Shown: positions 1 to 13,800, counted from the first letter of the stretch. The stretch is 64,000 bases of DNA from Balanoglossus misakiensis (GCA_040954595.2 CM082586.2:7595337-7659336), one strand, 5' to 3'. The notes: a model not told the origin generated them from the sequence alone. Numbers and translations: made by a program.

Positions 1-1134
1 ACAACACTATGTCAATGTCAAATACAACAAACTTATCCCAATGCTTAAAAGCATATCTGACATGACTAATCAATCATTGGTTACCTATGACCTTTGTAAT
101 CCATGAGGCAAATTCAAATCTGTCACTGCCATTCAAAATACTCTGATATCAGCTGTTAACCTTGACTGGAGTGATTTATGCAGAAATATCAATCTGTCAT
201 TTATTAGTCTAAATTTTCTTTGTTTGATTTGTAAACAATATGGGCAAGTCATATTTTATATGGCAACCACAACTGGGGTAAACTCAAACTTGCACACTAA
301 AATATCAATATTCACACAAACACTTCTTGTCTAGTACAACTTAAGAACTGTATGTTGAAATTAGAACCACAAAACTACTATGAAGACACTGTTAGGCTTG
401 GCATCAAAAATATTCCTACAATAATTGAACACCACTTTTTCTCAGAAGATATTGTATTATTTGTCAACCACCTGCACAAGAATTCATTTGATTCATCAAT
501 TTACAAAACTGAAATATATTTAATCACTTTGATAGTATAATAGCATTTTCCATGTCTTTTCCTTGAAATTGCAGCTCAACCTCTACACTTCATTAAAAAA
601 AAATTGGAGTATACTTTGTAGGCTAGGTGATAGAATGAATACAGTACAGGACACACTGTTGTACACATCTGGAAGTTTTATGTCAATATGAGACACTTCC
701 ATGTTTTCTCTTACTGGCTATTTTTATTAGAATGATAGAAAGAGAAAAGTTTGTGTATATCTTTACTCAAAAACATAAACTTCCTCTTGTGAATTTTGTA
801 TCTGGTACTTTAGTTCCACCCCCAGCAGCACCTTGGTCCACTGTCTGTTCAAGTTTGCAACTTTTTGAGTTTTGTGAATTTTGGCTGTTACTTCACTCCC
901 TGAGTGTGTTGTTGAGCAAAAAGTTTTCATGTGCAATGATATAATGTATTTACTGTAACGTAAAAATTGGTGTAAAGCCTGATTTCTATTTTTAAACAGA
1001 TGTAACTAAATGAATCTCTCATCGATGTGAAAATTATCAAAACGGAAAAATGGTACCCCAGGACAGTTTTCTGAACCGTATCCTGTGCTTATGTCAGAAG
1101 ACCGCAGTGCAGTTGTTGGCTTCATGAGACAGAC

Positions 1135-1826
1135 TGTGAGAGAGAGAGGGGGGGGGGAGAGAAAGAGGGGGAGGGAGGGAGGGAAGGTAGAGTTGTTTCA
1201 TTGTTCATAGATGAGTTTGGGAGATGGGTAAAACATCACAACACTAATCATTTTCGTATTTGGTGTAAGCAAGCAATACTTTTCAAGCGCCTTCATTTAC
1301 CACGTGTGCACGCGGGCGCAAAAAACAAACTGGCTGGGGTGGGCAAGCTGCGGGTTGGTCGACCGTACCGAGTCGACTTCCGAAAGTCTTCGGGATTTTT
1401 CGGAGACATTCGTATCAGTCGACTGGAGTCGTTGTTTTGCTATCAAAATGCTTGTTTTAGGTAACAGCAACAAGGCGATTTCTCTACCGAATCGACTTCG
1501 GGAAATTTCATGTTTGTCCGGGGTTTCAGTTTGAAATAGCGCCATCCTAAATAGCAACCATATTATTAGTCGGAAATGAATAATTAATGTTCGGCATATC
1601 CCGTGTACGGCGACGCACATCTTCGGAAAGGGTGGACGTCGACTTTATTCTATTTAACTTCGTTGGACTGGATCTAAATATCCCAATCTGTATATATTTT
1701 TAGGACTTCGGAAACACTAAGGTGGCGAGTCAAGCTTTGGAATCGTCGTTTAAGTTGGCATAAATTAATCTTCGGCATACACGAGTCATATTTAAACGAG
1801 CTGTTGAGTGAATTTTAATATTCAAA
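1135..1826 (+). promoter_or_regulatory. POU2 promoter / 5' leader (CpG-rich, purine run, YY1-type AAAATGGCGG over the start codon)
   Basis: GA/G-run at about 1135-1190; high CpG density from about 1300 into intron 1 relative to flanks; AAAATGGCGG at 1824-1833. TSS not determinable. Confidence 0.6.
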
Positions 1827-4800
1827 ATGGCGGACGCAGCGTCAAAGGAGATTGATGAAAAGACAGGTATATGTCCCTTACATATTCATTTTTACTATTT
1901 TAGCATAATTTATTTCTTAAACAAGTGACGGCGAAATTCATGTCACTTATGAGCACTAGCTTCCTTGGATATTTTTTTCTTATTTTTGGCGAGCTGCCTC
2001 GCAACTAGTTTCTTTGTACGCGTGCAGTTGCCGCGAGGGGCATGTGTTGTTTTTTTTACCGCGGCGAATTTTATGGTGGGTGAATACTGAGAGTGAAGCC
2101 GAACAAAACATACTCACCAATTTTCTTACGCTCCGGACACTTACACCGTGCAAACATGGGGGTATAAACGAATTTTTGCAAAAGCATACAAGTTTAGCCC
2201 AGTATTAATTAATCGGAACAGTGCGTTCCTAAGAAATTTACCAGCTATTGTAAAGAGCGATGCATGTGAGGCTGGAATACAAAATGGAGAAAGGCCGTCA
2301 CGGTCATATTGTTTGTGCATGGCGTTCAAGCGCCATGGCGCTGGACGCCATACACCTCAAACACGTTACCGTTACCACATGGCAGCGTATTTTCGGGCTA
2401 CATTCCGAGCTGAACTGTTGTGAGCGTGACGCTCGGATCTGCAACTCAAAGTTCAGTGAGACTTTGATATTTATATGATATGAAAATGATAGGATCTCTA
2501 CCAATGGGTGCAGTCTTGCTTTGCATGTTAATACTGACTAAATGATATGTTAATATTAGATTTAAATACAACAACAAATATTTCTCCTTGTGCAACTTCG
2601 TTTCTACTGCAGCACATCATGGTAACAATCTCTTATTAAGAGCAAATTCTGAGGGGAAAGAGTTGTACAATTTGATACGTTTATGTGTGGCCATATTGAA
2701 GACATTGTTTCTGTATTTGAAGTAGAGTGTGTACATGAATAAATGTGCATGGACATGAAAACAATTGTGAGGTAGATAAAGAAGAACCAACCTGTTCTCA
2801 GTAGTCAGAATTCAACATTTGAAATACCTACACTTTGTCAACCCCTAACTAAGACTTTTTCAAACGGGCGCACAATTTATTTGGGATACCAGTCAAGTAA
2901 TTTCTAAATCATACCAGTTTTGTGGGTTGGTGTTTACAGCCACTGACAAATTTAATTCATGTCAACATGACACTGCAAATGTTGATATCATCTCAGTGCC
3001 AACAACATGGTATTAATTTGTGTGTTATTTTACGTATGCACATTTCTATTCTTGCCAGGAAAAGTCAGTTAGCATTACAGTTCTGCCATTATGGGGTGTT
3101 TTTAACATGTGGCCATCACAGCTTTAATGAATTATTCATGAAAGGTGCACAATGCAGTGGGTACCAAAAGGGCGATCGCAGCTACACTGAGCAAGTCATA
3201 TTGTCAAGGACTGTATTTAGGTCTATTTTTTTTCTGAAAAAGCACAAACACAGTTATGAAATATGAATGTGTTTTTTTTTGCATAAAGATGGTTTCTTGT
3301 TCTGGCGGTTTTTGTCTATTTTTATAATCTTGATGAGTGATGTACGCATTGTTGCACATACATGTATGATGGTCATGCTATGACCTGAAATGAACATTGA
3401 TTGATGGGTATTGAAGAATGTGTATATGCCTGTTGGGGGACAAAAAAAGCCAGGTGACTTTAACAATCCTACAGAAGATGCTATTGGGGTCATGCAGAAT
3501 TTAGCACATACGTATATCAATTTTTAACAATGAACCCAAGCAAAATAATTGTTATACAGCGAACAGTAATATTTTGTATCGCTGTTGTGGAATTTTGTCC
3601 TCAATACTTTTTCATAGCATTGAATGTCAAACTTCTTTTTATCTCAATTATACCAGAAGCCATACCTTGATTTGTTCTTAGTTAATTGTTTTCCAGTTTT
3701 GCAGAAAAGTCAGTCAAATAATCACTTTATAAATAGTAATGTGGTAATTTCATAGTCTTGTTCGTGCATTTTGTAGTCTTTGGATTTTTGTAGACACCTG
3801 ACCAATTTAAACAACTGTAGGTTTGATAATCAGGCATAATTGTTACCAAATAACTAATATTAATAGTGTAGAATGTTAAATTCTCAACACGTGATACGTC
3901 GTATTCTGTATGAACAGAAATGTATGCATTTATGATGTATTGTTAATACAAATGTAGTTGTAGTATTTTACATTATGCAGATTTGCAAAGTTAAGAAAGA
4001 TGCAGAAAAGAGAGGAAGAATATCCTCATGGGCAGTGGGATCTGTTAAATCTTTGAACACCATGTTTTCTGTCAAAATGTTCAACATTTTAAGATTTTCA
4101 TCCATTTTCCTCTAATTCTTGCCCTTATTTGTACACCAAATGGAAACAACGTCATAATCAAAATTTGAGAAAAAAATATGGGAAAAGTTGTCATGAGGGT
4201 TAATTTTTTTTGGAAAATGACAAGTTGACTACATGTGTGGTGTTGAAAAGGGTTTATATGAATTACACATATAGTTTATAATTGTTTATTGTGCAGTCCT
4301 TGTAGTTGGCTATAGCTATGCACTGAAATCGTAGATGTTAGTGCAGAATGGTTCATTGGGCCGACCAAGGAGAGGACGAGCCTTGTCGGACACCCAGTTT
4401 TAAGCTGAATGCCCCAGAGGGTGCCCCACAATGTACTGAAATATCAGGATACCTGTTAGTCTATTGAAAGTAACTATTGTTAACCTCATTAACATAATGC
4501 ACAGTTGATGCATTTCAATGGTGAAGTCTGTGAAAGCCTGGCTTTGTGGAGTGTATTTGCATACCATTGAATGGCCTGCCAAACAGGCTTCCCACGCTCT
4601 TTCAGCTACGGCATAACAATGGTGTAAGTTTCATGCTTTCAACTTCGCAATTTCATCCAGTTCATATTTTAAATATTGCATATCGAAGATTCTGTGAAGA
4701 AAACTGGTTGTAGAGCGTGAAGGTTAATTCTGTAAAGATGTGACGAAGTGCAGTTGTAAACAACCAAATATTGACTGTTGTACTTGTAAACAATTTTTGT

Positions 4801-7800
4801 TGCGGTTGTGCTCATACTCTAGAAGATAGTATTTGTGTTTCTCATAAACAATGACAAAATCAGTGAATTGTCTTTGCTGTGTCGTATGCCTTGATATATA
4901 TTTTCAAGAGTTTATTTTCCCTTTTTAAAATTTGAAAAAAAACCTGTTTGTCCCTACCAGTATTTAATTGGATAGCCACTGCCAGTGGCACAACTCCATC
5001 AAGTCTTTAGTTTCTTGCAAACTGTACAGATGGATCGTGAATTACGAAATAGAAATATCCAAACTTTCTTTCAATGTTTGCATGGCTGTTATGATGTAGA
5101 AAGACTAACCTCATTTAGAAGTTCGAGAGAAAACCTAATCTTTGTCAAAGACTCAATCCAAATGAATTGATGTCGATTGACCCCAATAATACCTTAGCAT
5201 TGTAAAGTTTGCCTCTCTATGAATAGAATCATAAATAAATATGTACAGGTATGCATCTTCATTCTCGAGCGTTCAGTATATAACTTCTGTAATGTTGATT
5301 CGGTTTTCCCAAGATGTGCAGGTCAGCTGTACATTGGTTGATTTCAAAAGTAAGATATAAAAATCAACCATAGAAATACACATAAATCCATGTGTATTTG
5401 TGTATATTTTCCATAGAACACTACATAGCCACACTCTACATGTGATGTTATATTCAAGGCCTATTAGCTATCTAGATTTCAAACAGTAGATGTTGATAGC
5501 CTTTTAGCTGTCTTAGTTTCAAATAGTGAATGTTGATGCCAAGAAATAGCATTCCTCTCAGATACTAAAGTCCTACCAACATGCAACACGTGTGATGTAG
5601 ATGATATGGTCCAATGTATTGACCTGTTAGCTAATTTGCGTAATTTGCATGCAATTTACACAACAATGTGTTTCTATGTATTCATATGTAAAAGAATAAT
5701 AATATGCCATATGGTTTCATTGGTAAACAGGCTCAACAAAGTTTTCAGCTACAAAGCCCTTTAGAAGTAGATGCATAACACAATTGGCCTTGTGTCTTCC
5801 AGGTAACTTAAATAATGCTGAAGCAGTTAATATGAGTAATGACACATCAACTGACCTTACGTCTGCCAAAGTGGAACCTGTCCGATCTGAGCAAGGTAAG
5901 TTACTCTGCTCAGTGGTTAGGCAGAGATGCAGGTTTTTCTGTAACATTTGTTCCAGAGTCTATTGTTTACCCAATAGAAACACTCTGAAACCAGAAAGAG
6001 TTTCTTCATTTTCATGGGTGTGTTTTATGCAAAGGCAATTTAACGTTACAGTGAAGTGGATGTGTTTTATGTACACACACCAAAGAAGCTCTTACGTGAA
6101 ACTGTGATAAAAAAGAAAACATTCTCAAATAATCGTCCAGATTATAAAATATATCTTGTATTCAGAGGAGTTTTAGTCCGCCCTAAAATCAACAGATGTA
6201 ATATAAATTAATTAGCATAGTACCAGTGTGTCTAAGTACCTATTGGCTTGTGGGGACTGTATCATCTCTGATGACATACATTACTATGTATGGTCTGGAA
6301 TTCATCTTGCTGAGTCTTGCATCTGTACATCCAATATGTATTTGGTGGACTTAACCCTTTCACCCCAGTAAGAGGTCCAATTTACCACAGAAAACAATGG
6401 ATTTGGACCAAACCAAGGTAGTGAAAGAGTTAAAGAAATCATGAATAGATTCTGTTGCACTGTTAACATTTCTACTGTCCTCTGCTACAACACATACAGG
6501 TCAGACCAAACCAAACACCACGACTGTGAACGGCCTGGACTTCTCTGTTGCAAGTCACCATTCAACGGCAGCTGTGGCTACAACACACAATTCAGTGACG
6601 CAGCAAGTTGAGCAGGCGACAGCAGGCCAGGTTGCCGTGACAGCAGTGAGCCAGGCGACGCCGCAGGTACTGATCCAAGCTGTGCCGGCCAATCTGACAG
6701 TTCCAACTCTTACCTTGACAGCGAGAGAAGAAGAGCTATCAGCGGCTCAACAACAACAATTACAGGTGAGATTTGCCACACCGCATATCCGGGTATCCCA
6801 ATCTGGTTAAAGGTATACGGTCACCTATGGAAATATAGCTACAGTTACCATGGCAAATTGAGATCTAGCCAATCACAGATTTTCAGTGGGTGGCACACGC
6901 GAAAAAAAGAGCGCCACCATATGTTCTTTAGAACTCTCAAATATGCCATTTCAGCCATATATGGGCGTATGTAAATTGGAGGTGACTGTATACCTTTAAA
7001 TTCAAGCACTGTCTTTTGCTGATTCTTGGCTGTTCTGTTCATAAGGGCCCCAAGAACAGCCAAGACAAAGAACAGAACAGGAAAAGCGGAGAGAACAGAA
7101 TAGCCAAAACTTTCACCAGTCCGTAACTCTACATCTGATTTTAATCAGATTGCCTGGTGTCCTTGACGTGTCTATTATAGACGCCCTTGGGAAAATTGAG
7201 AGAAAGTCAGTTTGATGAGAAAGTAGCCCCGAAGGACAGTTTTCGTTCTGTTGTTGTCTGAGTGAAAAGAATTTTTGTAACAATTTGAAAATGAAATGTT
7301 TGACCAGGTACATCCATTCCCAGCCCATGACAAATAATGATCGTACTATTGTAATTGATGTGAGAAGTTGTTTCAAATTTTACCATGGTAGCTGCACTAT
7401 GGGTACTTATAAATGCGATGAAAGTCAAAGTATCAGTGATAACTATATAGAATGTTGTTTGTGAAGCTATTGCAAATCTTGCAACAACTTCTCAAAACAA
7501 TATCATTTAGTCTGATAACATTTACATCAATTAATAACGGACATAGATTTGATTGATTTGATTATGCGTACACACCTCTTGTGTGGCTGCATGTTGATGC
7601 TGTTAGGAGCTGTGTTAGTGACTGACATGTTTTATTTTGTGTCACGTACCCCAGGCATTAGGGCAGGGTCAGATACAAGTCCAAGTAAGCCAGGCAGAAG
7701 GACAGGTTCAACAGCAACAAGTACAGCAACTACAGCAGCAACAACAACAACAAACGCAGCAAGCACAACAACCGCAGCAGCAGCAACCTATCCAACTGTC

Positions 7801-10800
7801 AATAGCTGGACAAATCCCACAACAGCTTCTACTTCCGCAGCAGCAGGTATGTGAGTTGTACATGATCAGTGTTTGTGAGACAAAGCTGATCAGAACATTC
7901 TGATGTGTACGTATAAGTGATTGAACTTGTAGATGACGTGCCATTAATGTATTTGGTGGGATAGTGTAGCCTGTGGCTCGTACCATTGACAAATAAGTGT
8001 TGTGGCCACCTGTCAGTTCTGACTAGGTGAAAAAAAAACAGGCTGGCATTGAAACTTATGGAATGTGTTCTTTCCATATATGTATCTCAAGTCATTGAAA
8101 CAGAAATGGCTGAATGATTTTCTCCATGCTTGCACAATAACATTGTGTCGAGACTTCAGAATTTATGATCTGTAGAATAGAAAGTAACATTCTTTCATGA
8201 TTTGTAAGTGTTGTCAAAGTCTATATTTTATATTAGGGGTCATTGTGTTTAACCCTTTCACCACCATGGTTCAGTCCAGACCCAATGTTTTTTCATGGTA
8301 AGGTTGGACCTCTAAAGAGGGAACTGGGGGTGAAAGGGTTAAGACTCTGAACGAGCAAGTTGGCCAGGTAATTTTGTTTTACCATATACTCAAGCTTAGG
8401 GTTGCAATTACTCAGACATTTGCTGATTTTTTACAGGAGTAATAATTGCAAAGCCATTTTATTTTTCCTAAAACAAGTGTCTTCAAAATTTATGAGTAGG
8501 GTCTCGTACTGTCAACTAAAAGGTCATTTAAATTTACTGAGATGCTGTACGGAGGTTTCTAGTAAGGTCTCTTGAAGTGAAATATAAAGCTTATAACTTC
8601 ATGCATAAATGAAAATGTGCTGAGTAAGCATTGTTATGCGTACAGTTTTTGTATGGGCCAAAATGTTTAATAGATATCTTAAAAATTAAATATTGATATC
8701 ATCGTTTATCAGATCACCACATTCATTTTATCAAACAGCTCAAAGCAACATTTCATAAAAGAACAGTAATTGATTCAGTTTTTTGAGCATTTTTGCATAA
8801 TTCGGAAAGAAGAGTTTGATGGGCTTGTAGTGCATTTACATCCTTGACAACTGTAATATAAGTATAGTGGATGTCTCATACACTTAGGTGCTTCGGAAGA
8901 ATCAGGTTGCTTTGAAATTGACCAATGTGAAACCAAGTATACTTGGTCTAATTTAAACATCACACATTTGCAACTTAGGCACCATTTTGCTCAGCTGGAC
9001 CAATTTCCTTTGCAAAATGGTATTACATTGATACAATTCTTATACGACTGTGAGTTACCATTTTTGCTGTTTATTTTCTGCTGTTGGTGTTTATTTACAA
9101 TGTTGGTAAGTATTGTGCAGAGAAATGAAGTTAAATGTTGAGAAGGTTTTTTTTTTAAATGGAAAAAAAAAAGTTGAACTTCTTCATTTACAGTTTGATG
9201 TGCATGGAAGATGAAATAACCACTGCTGAAATGTAACCCCATGTATTTACTGTGTAGATTTGCATGGAAACCACCGCTTCATCATGTCTTTATTTGCAGT
9301 GTAACAAATGATATGTGTTTTATCCACTTTGACTGTGGATATAAGCATTAAAGCTATACTGTCTCCATTTTACCATTGGGTGTCAAACTGTGAAAATTAC
9401 TAAATCCTGTGCATGTGGTTGTAAGACACTATCAAAGGTTTGTCAGAACACTGACCAGAATTTCTTTCAAGTCACTTCATTAAAGTACCGTAATCATGCT
9501 TGGGTTCATGAGGCAAAACATGAACACCGGAAAAGTGATTTTTGACCTCAATTGTTTAAAAGCACCGAAAAGCAGGAAAGTCTTTGATTGTCAGTGTATG
9601 AACCCTATAATTTGCTCTCTGCCAAAAAATCAGAAGTTATTTTTGGAGACTGATAGCTCAATCTAAGTCGAGAAAACTAAAATATTTTTTGTTGACTTCA
9701 ACCATTTCACCACCATGGTTCAGACCAAGCCCATTGTTTTCTATGGTAAGATTGGACCTTTAAAGAGGTAACTAGGGCTAAGAGGGTTAAAGATGGAGAC
9801 TGTATAGCTTTAATGTTGGCATGGCTAAAACCCTGACATGTCTTTCTTTTTTTTGCATCTCCTTTCCCCCCCAACATTGGCACTGCAGCATTATACCGAT
9901 TTTAGCAAAGTGTGGCCACAATACAGCAATCAGCTGCCACCATCCCAACAGCTAGGAACACCAGTCTCCCAAGTACCACCACAGCAACCACAGCCCAAGG
10001 TCACCATCATTTTGTGACTGATTATTTTACTGAGTGTGATTGTCCCTCCACAAGTGGCTTTTTTACTTCGAACATGCGGCATCTGCAGTTGAAATCTGAT
10101 CTCACTAGAATCACTGAAATTGTCAGAAAAAAGGCTTGCCTCACATTGACAAAGTTTTGCTGATACACCTCACGCTGCTATTTTACGCTTGCTTCACACT
10201 TGAAAATAACTGCCATTTCCAAATGTTCATATTTTCACACTACCAACTTTCCAATCTGAAAAAATATAGATAAATGCAAAATATATTATTATGTTTTGAA
10301 AAGGCTGGCTTTGGGAAGGAACATCACACACATTCAAGTTTTCAGTCGTACGTCCGTGTTGTTAAGTCCTTCATATCATTCCGTGTTCCATCCCCACTAA
10401 TTTCCAGTTGACTGTCATCATTCCATGTGTTCCATTGGTTGGGATTCAATGCAAGCGATTAATCTCCATAGACACGGGAGTTGACACATTTACAGGTGTA
10501 CTATTAGAGTCTGAATTTCTTACCACTGGAGTTTGCCATGATGATGTCCCACTGTTTGCAAAATTCAACTCTCTCTGAAGTTGAAATGAAATTCAAAGTG
10601 TGTTTTTTTCATTAATTGTTTTAGTCATTTCTCTTTAGTGAATCTTTGGTGTAGTGGGACATATTGAGCAAACAATCGTTAGAGTTTTGAAGTGTGTTCT
10701 GTCTATACTCTGGTAATGATCGTACCCTTCAGACTGGTTTTGGATAATGCTATCTTGATATATTGGACAGTGGCCAGTTTAGGATCTAACAGGCATTGCA

Positions 10801-13800
10801 TTTTGTGTGGGTTTTTGAGAACCATAATGCACACTATAGAAAGTCATAAAAAAGTTCCAGCGGTGTGTTCTTTGATAGGGACATCATCATGCTTGAAAAA
10901 ATGCCGTCATTGGGTTAAGGTTGTCGGGTTGGCACTACCATAGGTCGTTCGTTCATTCATTCATTCGTCAGTCCATCCATCCCACCATTCTGTCCAAACT
11001 AACCTGATGTTGACTAACCCTACAGCATGTAGCATTAACCTAAAAATGCATTACAGTTTTTGCATGCAAGAACTGCTATACGTGTTTGCTATAATTCACT
11101 AATCCTTGCCAAGTCGTGTTTTCTTACCGAATTTAATATTTTCTAATCAATTTGATAACATAACCACTTTATTATATTCTTATATTGTACTATGTGTTGT
11201 CAGTCTTGGAAGAAGGAAATTTAGTTTCATGAGAGCTTTCGTGAACACTTTCTTGCATTTGAATGATTATCTATGTGTCCTTTGTGATATGTGATATAGC
11301 TTATGGCATTATTTCTTCTTCTGTTCAGAATGCATTGTGGGAGTCAAAGGCTTCCCATCTCGTATACAACTGCATACACTCAATATTGACAAATTACGTC
11401 AGTTCTGATACAGTTTCACATATTCATTTTATGTAAGAGTTCTTATATGATGTGGAATTTATTTAAACCTAAAGGTGTACAATCACCCTAAATTTACATA
11501 CGCCGGTATATGGTTGAAAAGATGTCAAAGTCTTCGATTGAATGTTTAGTTGTACACTTTTTTCATGTGGCCACCCCATGAAAATTTCATTGGCTAAATC
11601 TGATTCCGAAATTTCCATAGTAACTGTGGCTAAATTTTTACAGGTGACCACATCACAGCTACTGTGTAACTGGAACAGATTGATATTGTTATCTACTTTG
11701 TTTTCTGATCTGAGAGTATACTGCAATCCTAGTTGTCCAAGGTGGAGGGCAGCTATCAGCAGTTAGAGGCTGCACAGTGTACAATTTAGTCACTGCCTTG
11801 GTCTGCATCTCTTGTGACTTTTGCCTATCATGGTTCATTGAGAGTAAAACTGTGAGTGAGTGGCAGAATGCGGTACAGGCCTGCTAGTGTCTTCTCCTGC
11901 ATCAAATCTATTTTGGAGTCCAGCATGTGCATCCAGCATGTCTCGACATCATATCAAAATGCTGAGATAAAACCTCCCATGGAAGCTTTGGTCTTTTAGT
12001 CTAGATTTTGATTTCATTTGAATTCTACATGTAATTACTGAGCAATATGCTTAGAAGTTGTGCAAGATGTGTAACACTACACAGTCGGCACACAAGAAAG
12101 ATTCTATGGGGAAAGTAGCAATCTGGTTGACGGATGTATTGGCCTAACTCTAGTGCCATTGTGACATTATTGGGTTAGACCTTGGACCTGACCACTGTGG
12201 AAGAGAGTGAAACATCAAAATATTACCAAATACAGACTTTTAAGCTATCACCTATAACCACACAAACACACAACAAATGACTTCATATTTTGTGTTTCTT
12301 TCCTAGTGTCTTGTTAATAACCATAATAGGTACCATTGTTATAGAGTAAACTGATGAGTTTTTGTCCTGCACCAGACCACTGACCAGTCATGCTTGCTGT
12401 ATTCTTGTACTCCAGGTCCAAATCACAACAGCCGCTGGTCAACAGGTGCAGGTGTCCGGAGCCCAGCTGCAACAAATCTCAGCACAGGACTTGCAGCAGC
12501 TGCAGCAACTACAGCAACAGAACCCCAACCTCCAGCAGTATGTGCTCTTCCAACCGGGACAGGTAATTGACCGATAATTTGGTGATCGTCATGACTACAG
12601 CTACACCCAGCCAACAATGCTCTTCTGTTCTGTCATCTTCTTGCATGCGTTCATAATTTGGGATTCCTGTGCCATACTGTAGTGTGAAAATTACAGCATT
12701 ATCATTTCCAGCTATGTAGAATAATCCAAAAGAAGGATCTGTATCTCACTGTCATACCTGTTCTGTGTTGAACATATGAAAGACCAATAATACTTCAGAT
12801 ACTTGGTTCACTGTAAAAACTTGTGGTTGTTGTATGGTAAATGGATTGTTATGGTGATGGACATTGAAAAGTAGCACGGTTCTCAGTTTGAGAAATTGCA
12901 TATTTGGTGAATTGGTGATATGCTGGACTATGTATTGACATATATAGCAATCGCCAAGTGGTGTTTGTGATATCATTTCTCTGTGTCTGTCTCTGCCCCC
13001 AAATGTCTTGTCTATTTCCCTGTCTGTCTGTCTTCCCTGCTTCTGTCTTCTCATCTCTGTCTGCCTGTCTCTCCAGTATCTTTGTCTGTCACCTTATATT
13101 TCTCTTGCTGGGGTTGTAAGGTTCAACATTACCATAAAAACAATCGATTGTTATACCTGTACATATACATTATCCAATATTACACCCCCCCCCCCCCCCC
13201 CCCCCCAAGTATGTGACAGGAGTTACTGGTGATATGATTTCAAACCACACACAACCTTTGGTGGTTGCTACACACACGCGGTGAAAACTTTGCCTGTTTG
13301 CTGCCTGGTATCCCGTAGCATCCCACTTTTTCCGATGAGTGTGCATGTGATTAAAGAGTCCCATTGATTTCCTCATTGTTTTGCATGACATTTCTCCCAA
13401 CAGAGCATTCAGGCTTATTTACTGCTCTGCATGAATACAGATTGTCTTATTGAATAATCTCCCAGTATAATAAATAGTACTCCCTCCTACACCCCAGTTA
13501 ATACACATAAATCCTTTTCCATATTGTGTGATCTCCATGCCATTGCACAGATTTATTCCTGGTCAACTGGTTATAATTGTTATCTCTGAAATGTATGTTC
13601 CTGAAATTTAAAAAGACAATGATTTAAATAGGGGAAGTATATTCATAAATGCCCATAAAATTGTATGTAATTGAATATTTCTGTTCTATGGAATTTAACT
13701 TCTTCAAAAAAAAAGTCCTTGGAACACTGGAGTGTTCAGTCATGACTATACTTTTGATGCATTCTGCAAATTTTATGATTAATTGGGGTTTTTGACTTCA

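Noticed and set aside
824-845. Partial REST/RE1-like motif CAGCACCTTGG
   Set aside because: Right half-site does not match GGACAG.
765-952. Possible minus-strand exon or short ORF upstream of POU2
   Set aside because: About 55 codons with no recognisable homology and weak splice support; a divergent noncoding transcript cannot be shown from sequence.
4355-4625. GC-richer segment in POU2 intron 1 (similar unexplained blocks at 24660-24840, 32560-33030, 50290-50580)
   Set aside because: Probably repeat fragments, but no second copy, TIR or ORF in the window allows classification.
7024-7064. 13-bp perfect inverted repeat TCTTGGCTGTTCT / AGAACAGCCAAGA
   Set aside because: Too short for a pre-miRNA and embedded in repeat-like sequence next to a MITE.
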